Shown: positions 14,131-28,578 of the stretch, piece by piece | Position numbering within the stretch: the first letter of the stretch is position 1 | Layout of the letters: the number at the start of each line of letters is the position of its first letter | NCBI GenBank assembly: GCA_964016885.1 | Contig: OZ024754.1 | Location: 45,446,001-45,510,000 of the forward strand | Direction: 5' to 3' | Length of the DNA stretch: 64,000 nt | DNA from: Eledone cirrhosa | Lineage: Eukaryota | Made by a program: the position numbers and the translations under genes | Notes under the pieces: model-generated | Told to the model about the DNA's origin: nothing | Database searches by the model: none | What the model saw: the letters and a program-made list of their open reading frames with translations, nothing else

Positions 14131-15151
14131 CTATCATCACTATCTTTATGCTCATCATCCTATGCAACTCTAACACAGAGTCTAGACTCCAGAGACTTAG
14201 AAAAGGACACCTCAGATAATATGATCAGGGAAAGTGGATGGGTAGTGCTAGAAATGGTTGACTTAGAATGAAACACGAGGAATAAAGACAAGAATATATA
14301 TAACAAATGAAACTCAAAATATTAATATTCCCATAACACCCAATAAAACATGGAACGGTACTAAAATCGGATAAATATCTGCTGTAATTCACCTGAGAAC
14401 CACATGACATACAACAAAGTTCCACATTAGTATCCAGAACATCAGTTCAACTACTAACACAACAGCCATAATGTATCATTAACAATTTCCAGCATTATCA
14501 CATTACTGCAGACTACAACGAAGGTATATAATAACGAGGAAACGACTACTTTCAACACAAGATCTATAACCAATAAAGCTTCCAATTTCTACCAGCAGCA
14601 ATAGAAACATCGACAACACAATGAACAGAGTATCTTACCACTGTAATGAAACACCAACTCAAATCTCACAGTGAATCACAGCATGAGTACCATCATAACA
14701 ACCAACATATGCAGCACTATATACAGTAAACAACAAAAGGAACTGCACCACTTCAACAACCACCAGCCGCACAACTACCAAAACAAACCACAATAAATGT
14801 AGTCAGCGACGCCACGAAATCAACTAGAAATAATTCCACCAATACTAGAGAATGAGGATTCTCATCAAATCAACTTCAATGGGGAGTTATTTAACTTATA
14901 AACATTACGACAACATACAAATCAAATTGAATAGATATCAATCCGCGGACTGTTTGCTTCATTGAACAGGAAATAAAGTAGAACGGTTGCAATAAACTGA
15001 GGTGAAGCCATAGATTAAAGTGAATCCGAAAATAATCACAGCGTTTTGAAATTTAAATTCCAAGAAATCCTTGTATGTAATACTAAATACGAATATATGT
15101 ATATATATTATCATGAGTTTATAGAAACATAAATATCTACATTGTTTAAAG

Positions 15152-15217
<66 letters not shown>

Positions 15218-15332
15218 TGTGTGTATGAGAAAAAGATTTTTAGATTTAAGTTTTACATGTATAGGAATTTCCGTTTCAAATGATATTGTACTTCTTGTGT
15301 ACGGTACAACTAAACAAACACACACACACACA

Positions 15333-15377
<45 letters not shown>

Positions 15378-15379
15378 AT

Positions 15380-15720
15380 ATACGCATCCATCATGCTTCT
15401 ATCCATTGCAGGAAAGATGCTGTCAGGAATTCTATTCGGCAGACTAACACATAACATTGCTGAGAACAATCCCTCCGTCAGCCAGTGAGGTGTCGGAACA
15501 TACTGAGGCTCCATGCATGGTGTTTTTCTTGAGACAGATTCGAGAGAAACGCCGTACACAAAACACGGCTTTCGACAGAGAGGTCCAGTGGCATAGAGGT
15601 ACAGTGGCAGAGAGGGAGGTCCAGTGACATATTTCAGTGAAAGTTGGGCTGCCTACCAACAATCCTCACCATGAAGAGCTCCACGTCCCTCAGCTTGGCC
15701 AAGTTTGACTTGGCATCCAA
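15380..15720 (+). pseudogene. Decayed RTE (BovB-like) RT fragment
   Basis: IMLLSIAGKMLSGILFGRL...SQ*G...MVFFLRQIREK resembles RTE GISLLSIAGKILARILLNRL..SQCGF..MIFVLRQLQEK. Confidence 0.7.
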
Positions 15721-16589
15721 CCTTTAGTTATGTTGGTTTTGAAGCTATGACATTCATGTACACACACACACACATACATACATACATACATACATATATA
15801 CATACATATATATATATATATATATTCTGCCTCGAGCATAATAGAGTTTGTAGTTACGAATTAATGCAGCAAATACAAATATTTCACAGACGTTCGAATT
15901 ATATAACTTTATACACACACAAACAAATACACAGACATACATGTATATATATATATATATATTATGTGTAATATCGCGGACCGTTCCTCGAAACCTCATA
16001 TATATCTATACAACTTACTTCCAGTTTCAGTGTTAACAGTCATTATGTGATGGAAATTTTGTAATTGAAAATGTAAGAAAATATGTAGAAGCATTGTTTG
16101 GCCAGGAGGCATATCTTTTATATTATGCTCCCTCCATTATATGTCAAGTTTCGGTAAAGTTTCAATAATTACATAAAATACTGATGTATATCTTAAAGTA
16201 TATTTAATTTTAAACACGCAGCTGAACGTTCTTTGCGATTGCTAAATGCCAAATTTCTGATGTACTCCGAACAAACTGTAGATAGTTTACGACTTATCGG
16301 CGCTCTTTTCGCATTTTATACATACAATATCGCTGGACATTTACAGATAGCATTCAGTATGGTTTTCCAATATACAATTGCAGTAAATTCACCAGGGTTC
16401 CTTCTATATTCATTCTGTATATCTATTCAATCCAATATTCTCATATTCCCGTGCGTACATATATAACATATATTTGCAGAGAAATTAAACATGACATACT
16501 TATGTATTTGGACAGATGAATAAAATCTTACATGTGTGCATGATTGTGTGTGGTGTATGCCTCTTTTTGGTATGAATATATGTTTCATA

Positions 16590-16649
16590 TATTAACAAAC
16601 ACATACACATATATGAATACACACACACACATATATATATATATACACA

Positions 16650-16685
<36 letters not shown>

Positions 16686-17192
16686 CATACATATATATAT
16701 ATACATACATATATATATACATACATATATATATATACATACATATATATATATACATATATATATATATACATACATATATATACATATACATATATAT
16801 ACATACATATATATACATATACATATATATACATATATATATACATACATATACATATATATACATATACATATATATATATATATACATACATATATAT
16901 ATACATATATATATATACATACATATATATATATATACATATATATATACATATATATATACATATATATATATATACATATATATATACATATATATAC
17001 ATATATATATACATATATATATACATATATATATACATATATATATACATATATATATACATATATATATACATATATATATACATATATATATACATAT
17101 ATATATACATATATATATATATATACATATATATATACATATATATATATATACATATATACATACATATATATATATATATATATACATAC

Positions 17193-17223
<31 letters not shown>

Positions 17224-17224
17224 C

Positions 17225-17255
<31 letters not shown>

Positions 17256-17260
17256 CATAC

Positions 17261-17291
<31 letters not shown>

Positions 17292-17346
17292 CATACATAT
17301 ATATATATATATATACATACATATATATATACATATATATACATAC

Positions 17347-17377
<31 letters not shown>

Positions 17378-17408
17378 CATACATATATATATATATATAT
17401 ATACATAC

Positions 17409-17439
<31 letters not shown>

Positions 17440-17478
17440 CATACATATATATATACATACATATATACATATATATAC

Positions 17479-17511
<33 letters not shown>

Positions 17512-17516
17512 CATAC

Positions 17517-17547
<31 letters not shown>

Positions 17548-17556
17548 CATACATAC

Positions 17557-17587
<31 letters not shown>

Positions 17588-17596
17588 CATACATAC

Positions 17597-17629
<33 letters not shown>

Positions 17630-17634
17630 CATAC

Positions 17635-17665
<31 letters not shown>

Positions 17666-17670
17666 CATAC

Positions 17671-17701
<31 letters not shown>

Positions 17702-17740
17702 CATACATATATATACATATATATATATATATATACATAC

Positions 17741-17771
<31 letters not shown>

Positions 17772-17776
17772 CATAC

Positions 17777-17809
<33 letters not shown>

Positions 17810-17958
17810 CATATATATATACATATATATATATACATATATATATATATACATATATATATACATATATATATATACATATATATATACATATATATAT
17901 ACATATATATATATACATATATATATATACATATATATATATACATATATATATATAC

Positions 17959-17995
<37 letters not shown>

Positions 17996-17996
17996 C

Positions 17997-18029
<33 letters not shown>

Positions 18030-18030
18030 C

Positions 18031-18070
<40 letters not shown>
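16590..18070. repeat. Compound (TA)n/(TACA)n microsatellite, ~1.5 kb
   Basis: Direct reading. Confidence 0.95.
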
Positions 18071-18072
<2 letters not shown>

Positions 18073-18536
18073 TGGCTGCCAACTCGTTTTCGAGTACGGC
18101 CACTACTTTATATCCATGTAGGAGAACCCCTACCGATGCGCTGAACGAGTGTGACTTTTTAGTCCAGCCAGCAACTTGAGAACTCTGGTACAAACACTAC
18201 ACTTGTGACAATTATTGACACATAGTGCTGGGCCCATGGTACCATGTGACGACAAGTGCAGAGAGATCTCCAGATACAAAGCAATGCCTGTGCCGTGAAG
18301 CTTTTATAGTGAGCAAAGGCACTGCACAAAGCCAGTCCCACTTTCTTAACCAAGATGATATTTACCAAAAGAAGAACATGTCAACATCATTGGATACCAT
18401 CAGGGTTGCAGGTGTTATATCAGAGTTTTCCTTCTCCTAGAATTCTGCCTTGACAAAGGCTAAGGGGTCATCTCTCCCGGACAAAGGCTAAGGGGTCATC
18501 TCTCCCGGGCAAAGGCTAAGGGGTCATCTCTCCCGG
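18071..18536 (-). mobile_element. Same RTE-derived element, 5'-truncated copy 2 with a 3x28-bp tandem at the truncation point
   Basis: Matches 5320-5730; unit ACAAAGGCTAAGGGGTCATCTCTCCCGG repeated at 18453-18536. Confidence 0.8.
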
Positions 18537-18621
18537 ATATATATATACATATATATACACACATACATACATATATATATACACATATACATACATACAC
18601 ATATACATATACATATACATA

Positions 18622-18657
<36 letters not shown>

Positions 18658-18874
18658 CATATATATACATACATACACACACATACATACATACATACAT
18701 ACTTATACATACATACATACACATACATACATACACATACATACATACACACATATACATACACATACATACATACATTCACATACATACATATATACAT
18801 ACATATACATACATACATACACACACATACATACATACATACATATACATACATACACACATATATACATACAT

Positions 18875-19480
18875 GGTGGCTGCCAACTCGTTTTCGAGTA
18901 CGGCCACTACTTTATATCCATGTAGGAGAACCCCCACCGATGCGCTGAACGAGTGACTTTTTAGTCCAGCCAGCGACTTGAAAACTATGGCACAAACACT
19001 ACACTTGTGACAATTATTGACACATAGTGCTTTGCCTTTGGTACCATGTGACGACAAGTGCAGAGAGATCTCCAGATACAAAGCAATGCCTGTGCCGTGA
19101 AGCTTTTATAGTGAGCAAAGGCACTGCACAAAGCCAGTCCCACTCTCTTAACCAAGATGATATTTACCAAAAAGAAGAAGAAGTCAACATCATTGGATAC
19201 CATCAGGGTTGCAGATGTTATATCAGAGTTTTCCTTCTCCTAGAATTCTGCCTTGACAAAGGCTAAGGGGTCATCTCTCCCGGTGATTTTGGATGGCCAT
19301 TGACTCTTAAGAGCTCCTTTGCCCTTTGACAGGTTTTGTTTTTAGTCCCGCAGGATGTCCAAAGTCACCCTCCTCACCAAGAAACCTTGGTGGGATTGCC
19401 AGTTTAGTCGCCAACGACCCGACCGTGAGACAGGTTGTACTGGGATACATGTTACCAGTAGCACCAACTGGTGACCTGAC
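18875..19480 (-). mobile_element. Same RTE-derived element, full-length copy 3
   Basis: Same termini as copy 1 (ggtggctgcc...ggtgacctgac). Confidence 0.8.
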
Positions 19481-19654
19481 ATATATATATATATACATGA
19501 CATATATATATATACATACATATATACATACATATATATATATATATACATATATATATACATACATACATATACATATATATACATACATATATAACTT
19601 ATATATTTGTGTATATATACATACATATATACATACACACGCACCGACACACAC

Positions 19655-20143
<489 letters not shown>

Positions 20144-20487
20144 TATACATAGATATATATATGTTTATATATATATATATATAGTATTTAATTTCGTAAA
20201 GTATGTTACATATTAGTACAGGCCGTTATCTATCTTATTTTCTATGACAGTGTACATCGTGGTAGGACCAGGAACTTTTTAATAATAATCAACTATTTCT
20301 TTAAACATAGAACAGGTATAAAGATGGCGACACGGTCTCTACTGGGCGTAGTATACAACAGTGGCAGTATATATGAACGTAATAATTGTAACGTATATGG
20401 GTTTATCGTAATGATCTGCCTCGATTGCCGCCAGAACCAACACAACACCACAAGCATCAGCATCACCATTATCATGTTTCTATTTGT

Positions 20488-20522
20488 ACTCCTGAAGAAG
20501 GGCTTAAGACCAACACGTCGAA
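20488..20522 (+). other. Decayed Penelope-type hammerhead remnant
   Basis: CTGAAGAAGGGCTTAAGACC-AACACGTC; the GAAA strand of the core is mutated. Confidence 0.35.
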
Positions 20523-20886
20523 CTTTCTTTTCTCTTTCCAGTATATAGCGTGGAACTAATAAAACTTTTTCTACATCTATTTGAACTATATATATATATA
20601 TATAATTGGATATATGAGAGGGGTGAACACATATATAAGTATACATGTGTTCCAATTGCAAATGACCAAGTTAGCTAGGTTGAACAAATACTAATTTAAA
20701 ACAATATAGTTTGCCTGACTCGATCGATTTAAAGTAATAAATCAATAAAAATAACAAACCTATATCGGAGAGACCCAAAATCTGTTTCGCAAGAATTATA
20801 TTCAATTATATTACACGGCTCGGAAACTTTCCCTTCTTTGAGCTATTTAATTGTAAAAAACTATTTTGAGTTTATAACTCAATCTA

Positions 20887-21141
<255 letters not shown>

Positions 21142-22273
21142 TGTGTGTTTGTTTTGAGAAAGATTAAGTGGGTGAGTGGGTTATAGATATAGATATATAG
21201 ATAGATAGAGATAGATAGAAAGGTAGAGATATTAATTGATAGGTGCACAACTATATTGTGGTAAGAATTTAACAGTTTCCATTCCTAATTGAGATATTCA
21301 TTTGCTCTTACTCATTTTACCTCCCTCTACCCTCCGGTCAATTTCAACAGGCTGTAATAAGATAGTACCTATCATGCTGCTTTCCACAACCATTCCCTGA
21401 CATACAATAAGAACATGAAACCTCTGCTAAATACGCCGCAAGCGTTCTATTGCTGTTTACGTATTCCATCTTTACGTTGGTGTTCATACTTACATATAAA
21501 TATATTGACATACACTCGCGCTGACAGTTATGCATTTTGTTTATATATCTATATTTTTTATATAGAAATGTTACTTAGATTTAACAAGTCTGCTTAATAA
21601 AAAAAAACAGTTGATAGTATTATTGTAAAGAAATATGGTTAAATGATTGAATGATTTAAGAAACGATGTTTAACCAATTAAGTATGAATAAATCTAATAT
21701 AGGAAATATGACGAAGAAATAAAGAAATGGTATGAAAATACATTTTGTTACATGGATCTTAACCATGGTTAGATGCTTTTTGTTTTTCGACATTTGTGCG
21801 GTACCATGCTACATATATTTTCTGTATATTCCATCTAAGGTATTGGATTTCCTATCTACACAACACACGTATTTCCTAACATTACAACATGCCAAGCTTT
21901 AATTAGGCTTCAGCTTGTGTCAGTTTTTCTTTTGCTTCTTTGCATACAATATATATTTTTATTCGATGTCTTTCCATTTTAATTTAGGGATGTTGAAACA
22001 ATATCTTATAATAATCTAGAATTTTCATACTCAAATATATCTGCTCTAAAATATATATTTAATGATATATATTTCAAGGTTGGAATTATACACTACGGAG
22101 CGTTACTCTTCAATTTAGTATGATGATGGGTATTTCGTCGTATTCGACGATGTACATATAGTTGCTCGAATAATAGAACTACATAGTTATTAAATCAAAT
22201 TGAAAATGGTTCAGTACCTTGCACTGAAATATACTCTATTGTAGACGCAACATATGTCATGTTGAATTATATG

Positions 22274-22490
22274 TAAGAGAGTTGGCTAAAAGGTTCATAA
22301 GCATAACAAATCATAGGTTGACCAAAATACTATACTGTAATTACCTAACGAGGTATACTTTTCGGCATAGACCCCGGAAGGAAACAATGCGGTTATAAAT
22401 ATGAGTTGAAATTAATGCCTGCAAGATTTCACAGCTCTATTAACATTCCTTCATAGTCAACCTATGAAATTTTCAGCTTAAATTTGTATA
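22274..22490. mobile_element. Decayed mariner-type MITE
   Basis: TAAGAGAGTTGGCTAAAAGGTTCATA...CATAGGTTGAC at the left end; GTCAACCTATGAAATTTTCAGC at the right end. Confidence 0.5.
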
Positions 22491-24199
22491 ATCTACCCTC
22501 CGGGGTTTAACCTAATTTGTAACTATTTAGTACCTCAATTATGAAGATAGAGTCGAGTCTAGCCTAGGGTAAAGGACTTCTGTTATCAAATGTAAAATTA
22601 AAGTGTGTCAAACGCCTGAACGCATGTTGGCGAAGGCAACATTATTACCACTCGTCCATGCATGTGTTCAACGCATTTGCTGCATAATATTTTTGATAGG
22701 TAGCCTCTGCGGGGATTATTATTACAACACTTTATCCCTCAAGACGATGGCTCATCTGTAAATGATATAACAGAACACTGAAAGGATAATTGTTTATCCC
22801 GAGATATCTACTTCCCTTGATTCAGCTAACAAACCATTCACAGATTAATGGAAATATTTCAAACTAATTGCTTTGAATGTGCAGAGGGCTTAGATGGTTG
22901 AGTCCTTCAGTCTCATCTAAGGATTGGTGTCAGTTAATCTGTTGTGATTGCTTTTAATGCTGCTGCAGTTGTTGGTGTTGTTGTTGTCGTTGCTACTGTT
23001 GTTCTTGTTGTTATTGTTCCTGTTCTTTTGTTTTTGTTTTTGTTCATCCCTGAGGATTTCCTCATGAATGCAGACCCTATAGAATCCGGCTGTGAATATT
23101 CCAGATATAGTTTAGCCATAATATGTCTAACATCCCATTAACAAATGTATTATTTCTTCTGTTTAATGTAGTGGTGGTGAGATTTGAGGGAGATTTAACT
23201 GCTATTTTGTGCAGACTGGTTCTAATTATTTCCATAGATATATTTCGTATAATTCTTTTATTCTTCAGATATGATTCCAAAATTTCTCTCTCAGTTATTA
23301 GGTTTTTATGCCATTACTTGCGTTTTACCATAATTTACCTTGCTCTCCATATAATTTCAATTTTGTTTTTGGTACTAAATTGTTTCCTAAATGTTCAAAC
23401 TTATCCAATTATTATTTATTCTATTGCAAAGAAAATATATTTTTTTGTTGCTTTGTTTACTTTTCACAATTGTTGCAGCATTTCCTTCTATATCTTTAAT
23501 ACAACCCGTTTTTTTCCCATTTGGATTAGGCAAATATCAAATTAATTCGATTAAGGCTGAATTCATTTTAGGTTTTATTTTCTGATTTCTTCTCCTTTCG
23601 GTTGTAATCATACATTGAGAGGAACAGCAATGGTATATTTCCAGGAATTTTATAATGGTTAGCACAAAACTGCTATAATCATCAACATGCCATTTAGTTT
23701 TATTTTATATTTCCTACAGTTTAAATATTCTGTCTCACGAAGAAATGTATCATTTCTAATGAAGGGATCACCTATAAACTGAAGTGAAGTGAACAATAGA
23801 GTGTGTAATCAGTTACTCCACCCACTAGAAATACCAGCCAAATTCTTCTCAAACCAAAACTTAACATCATGTAAAACAGAAGAAGCTATTTCATAATATA
23901 TGCTTAGATATATTGCCTGATTAGAAAATAGTGTAGCCAATACTATGTTAATCATAGAACTCCCATTCATTATATAGACAAGAATTCGATATAGAAGAAA
24001 ACTGGCTATTAATTCAAGACACATTCGTATGATATGGTCCCGTAACTCATGATAGTCGAAGTGGCACCGTATTGACATTCGGCGTTTGGTGGGCATTTTA
24101 ATGCTGGCGGACCCCATACCTCTCCTGGCCTCAGTACAGCAGATATTTTCCTGAGAACGATAGAAAGTAAGAGAGGAGAAAGAAGAAAGAGAATTAGAG

Positions 24200-24363
24200 G
24201 AACAATCGACCTCAGTGCTAGATTGGGGCTTTTTTTATCGATTTCGAAAGGATGAAAGGCAAAGTTGACCTCAGTGGAATTTGAACTCAGAGAGCAGAAA
24301 GCCGGCAGGAATGCCATAAATCATTTTATCTGACGTTTTACCGACTCTGACAATTCGCCGCCT
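24200..24363 (-). mobile_element. tRNA-derived SINE with a Meta/MESC-like core
   Basis: B-box GAGTTCAAATTCC followed by GGTCAACTTTGCCTTTCATCCTTTCG..TCGATAAAA. Confidence 0.75.
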
Positions 24364-24375
24364 ATATAAGTCACC

Positions 24376-24500
24376 TTTATGTTCTGAGTTCAAATCCAGC
24401 CGAGGTTAACTTTGCCTTTCATCATTACGGGGTCGATAAAATAACGTACCAGCAATACACTGGAGTAATTGCTGGCCTTGCGCCAAAAGTAGAAACAATA
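24376..24500 (+). mobile_element. Same SINE family, 5'-truncated, head-to-head with the previous copy
   Basis: GAGTTCAAATCC..GAGGTTAACTTTGCCTTTCATC..GGGGTCGATAAAATAA.GTACCAG. Confidence 0.75.
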
Positions 24501-24837
24501 TTCTATTATAAATGAACAATACTTTTAAAAGTGATTTTAAAAAGAAATTCAGAATTAACTACATTCTAAGTAAATATATACAAACCATGATTAGAAATCA
24601 TTGTTTATGATATATTAAGAAGGTTTTGTTTTGTTTTTTTTTGCTTTCGCATTCCATCAAATTTGATGTCCATGTGAGCCAATTATAAATCAATAATTTT
24701 AGCGTCTTATCAGTCCTAGATCTGTCCACCTCTAAATTTAATTCTGTGGTCTCATCCACTTTCGTTTCATATTTGCCTTACCCCTCTATACAGCTATTTA
24801 TATTTTATATTCTGTCTATCTCTAGCTTGTATTATTT

Positions 24838-25022
24838 TGGATTGGTAGTATCGGTAGAGGGTCGGACGCCATGCTTTGCAGCAAAGAGTTACGGCCCTTT
24901 ATGGTCTGAGTTCAAATCCCTCCGAGGTTAACTTTGCCTTTCATCCTTACGGGGTCGATAAAATAAAGTACCAGTAATACACTGGGATAATTGATGGCCT
25001 AGTGCCAAAAGTAGAAATAATT
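24838..25022 (+). mobile_element. Same SINE family, near full length
   Basis: A-box-like TGGTAGTATCGG, B-box GAGTTCAAATCC, the core, and the 3' end GTGCCAAAAGTAGAAA. Confidence 0.8.
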
Positions 25023-25616
25023 ATTTCCCATTTCTAAACAGCAGCAACAATAAATGCGAATAACAGGCTTATCTTGAATTCTGCACAATATATGTGTGCG
25101 TGTGTGTGTTTAGATACGTGTGAGTGTGTAATGATTGAATGTATATATATTTAAGTGTGTGTGTAAACGGACATATGTGAATGTAACACATCGTTTTTAC
25201 GTAGTTTACAATTAGAAATGGAAGCAATAGTACAGTAGGTATTAGAGCGAACCAGATGTCAGGAACATTCAATATGAAAATATGTTTTAACACTTTTAAT
25301 ATTGGTAGAAGTGGACATTTAAGTGCATCACCCAAAGTGCACATGAAATTACACATTTTATTAAAATTTGTAATCAATTTGAACCAATATATATATTACA
25401 GAACAATGCACTTCTGTACTGGTGCACTATCTTTAATTAAAACCACCCTCTGGTGTATGAAATGGGAATTTCTCACATTTCAATTGCGAGATTGTTCTAT
25501 ACCTGAGGATACAGCTGCTATATGACCATTAACACAAAAAAACAACGGCAACGGTTGCCATGTCATTACATGGAGAAATAAACATAAGGAAACATAGATC
25601 ATATTATTACTGCTTG

Positions 25617-25720
25617 CATTAGAGTATTAGGCTTTGAAACTGTCCCCCTCCTATGTAATATGTTTATACATATATATATTACATAGGAGGGGGACAGTTT
25701 CAAAGCCCAATACTCTAATG
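25617..25720. repeat. Inverted repeat with ~45-bp arms and a TA-rich spacer, abutting the family B hammerhead
   Basis: CATTAGAGTATTAGGCTTTGAAACTGTCCCCCTCCTATGTAATAT and its reverse complement, one mismatch. Confidence 0.9.
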
Positions 25721-25772
25721 AGATTCCTGACGATTTCTCACGAATGAAACAGTTCTAGTCCTGTAGAATCTC
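25720..25772 (+). ncRNA. Type I hammerhead ribozyme (family B)
   Basis: GAGATTC-CTGACGA-T TTC tcac GAA T-GAA-ACAG ttctagtc CTGT-A-GAATCTC: 7-bp stem I, 4-bp stem III, GUA triplet. Confidence 0.8.
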
Positions 25773-25850
25773 TTCTATATTAAAACTTGTTATAATCTGC
25801 TATGTATTGAGTGCCTTACTTACTGTGGTTACCTCCGATTCAACCTGGAA

Positions 25851-25885
<35 letters not shown>

Positions 25886-25965
25886 TAAAATAACAGATTA
25901 TATATCGATGCATATATATATAAGTATATATTTATATTCACATCGATGTATATATATAAGTATAT

Positions 25966-26295
25966 AGATGAATTGAGAGAGAAATTGGGTATAAGAGGGA
26001 TAAGTTGTAGTGTGCAGAAGAGAAGACTGAGATGGTATGGACATGTGATGCACATTGAAGATGACCGCTGGGTAAAAAAGTGCAAAGAAATCACAGTAGA
26101 AGGAAGACGCAGTAGAGGAAGGTCAGGAAAAACATGGGCAGAGTTGGTGAGAGTAGACCTCAGATCGCTGAAGCTCACGGAGGAGATAAGGAAGGTCCGT
26201 GACATGTGGAGAACTGCCGTGCTGAATAGGACCTGTCCCACCCTTGCAAGCAGGGAAAAGCGGACGTAAAATGATGCTGATGATGATGATGATGA
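25966..26295 (+). mobile_element. RTE LINE 3' end with (TGA)n tail
   Basis: ELREKLGIRGI...RRLRWYGHVMH...EGRRSRGRSGKTW...DMWR; stop followed by (TGA)n. Confidence 0.85.
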
Positions 26296-28535
26296 TATAT
26301 CCCTCCTCTTTTGCCTTTCGCTATGTATTTAGGGAACCATTTATGCAATATGAGTATGCGTCTATGGGAAGTTCTAAAACGATCGAAAAGTACTCGTTTT
26401 CTACACCGATTTGACTTATATAAAGTAGTCTGCCCCCTCTGAATTGTCTTAAAGAGTTTATACCAGCCAAGCTATAGTAGATATATCTCGAAATTCCTTC
26501 TATGATCCTGCACACATTAAGTGAGTTTCGGTCTCGGAATTGCGAGGATTATCTCGCTGGATGGAAGATGTTTTCCCCACATCCGTATATAGACAAGATT
26601 CAATTTATCTGTACATATGTTTCGCAGTGCCCAACTTTTCAGGTTTTTCCGTCTCGTACATTGACAGGAAATTGGGGTTGATAGGGTGGGATTGTGTAAA
26701 GTAAAATGCTGGTGGACAGTAAAAGCTGAAAGATGTTTAGTCTTTCTTAGTCTTTGGGAAAACAGAAAACCTCCAATAGTTTCTTTTTTTCTACTCTGAC
26801 GGCTACACTGTGGAACGTGTGTAGCCATGTACAGACATTCGCCTCCGCAGAATCATTTTATTTTGCAAGGAATAATAATAATTTCAGATTGTTATTACAT
26901 TTTCGATGTTAATGTTCCGAAACACGAAGATGTTGAATGGCACATGAGTGTGCTTCTATAATTGTATTTAAGCGAGTAAGTCTTCATTTTACAGAAAGTA
27001 GCAATGAATGTCAGGGAAACTGCTGTCTTTGTTATTCATACGATGCCCAATATTTATTACTTTTCAATTCATCTATCAATTTCAATTAGTCTGCTTGTCT
27101 TCTAATGAAAACCTTTTTTTTTCATCTCTAGGTCTTCACAATCTGCCGTCAATTCTCAATTACTTTCCCTAACTTACTCTACAGTCACTAACAAATTGAT
27201 ATATGTATATATATATATATATATTCACAACACACACTCACACATACACACACACACATATATATATATATCCATATATATATATCCAGATATGTTTTTA
27301 CATATACGTCAATTGTTACACACATATATATGTTTAAAGAAGGAGATAGATGCGGAAAGAGAGAGATGGACCAAAAGAGAGAGAACATTTATTCAATCTT
27401 GTGGGGATAACTCTAGATTACAATTAATTGTGTTTTCATCTGGCGATTTTTCAAAATCACAATCAAGACTACTTGTGGAAATATTACTTATATAACCCCA
27501 TTAACAGAGATATAGGTTGTGAGTGGAAACTCTAAGATGAGATGTCAAATGGAAAAGTAGTTTAATGAAGTGATATAGGTGTAACCTCGGTATATACGAA
27601 TACATAAAACAATCAGAATGAAATGTAATATGTAAAAGAAGTAAATATATAATCTATATATACATTTCTGCGATTCTGTCACAACACGTAAACAGAAAGA
27701 AGTAGTTTGACTACCTCATACTACTCCTCTCTCTTTACGTCTGCTGCCTGCGGGAATGTATGTGTGTTTAAAAGGAAGGAAGGGGGGGGGGGATACTATA
27801 GCAAAGTAGCGGCTGGCGTTTCATTTGTTATGCTGTATATGTTTGTGTATGTGTTTGTGTGAATTTATGTGTGTATTTGTGTGACTGTATGTCTGAGTGT
27901 GTATTTTTGTAAGTGTGTCTGTATTTGTACGTTTATATTTATATACTCATACATATAAATGTATACATATGCACATACACACATACGCGTTGAAAAAAAC
28001 TCAGAGTATAAATAAACTTAAACCGTATACAATATATAAGGTACAATAAATGGTATTATAGTCTTCGATAAACATGTATTAATATGGGAATTGTTGGATA
28101 GGATTTCTTACGGTTTAACAAGAACGTGATGAATTTACCAGTCCATCGCACAAATTAATGTGAGGATTCCGAAGCCTTGTGACATAAAAGTAATTTATTA
28201 ATGAATTCTTAAAACCAAAACGCATATCCCATGTTCCTCACTTTACTATTTATAATGAATTTAACTAATGTAAAATTTTGCAAAGAAAATTAGAAACACG
28301 CAGCAATGACACAGTAACACTTAGCACAATATTATTGCATGTGAGATATTATTTCTTAACTCTAACTTTCCATTTTATTTATAATTCTGTTGTATTATAT
28401 TTAATAAATAACTACCATGCAAGTTGATTTTATGTATAACCGCTGGGTTTCAAATCCCCAAACAAATCAAGGTAGTGCTGCAGCATGGCTGCAGTAAACT
28501 GACAGAAACACGTACAGGTACACAAAAATACAGTT

Positions 28536-28578
<43 letters not shown>

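Noticed and set aside
16500-18193. Long Y/I/M/C/H-rich ORFs of 300-590 aa (also at 33 kb, 44-46 kb and 48-49.6 kb)
   Set aside because: Translations of (TA)n-type microsatellites that lack stop codons in several frames at once; not genes.
18453-18536. 28-bp repeats as a CRISPR-like array (also 47830-47909)
   Set aside because: Units are directly adjacent with no spacers; eukaryotic context and no cas genes.
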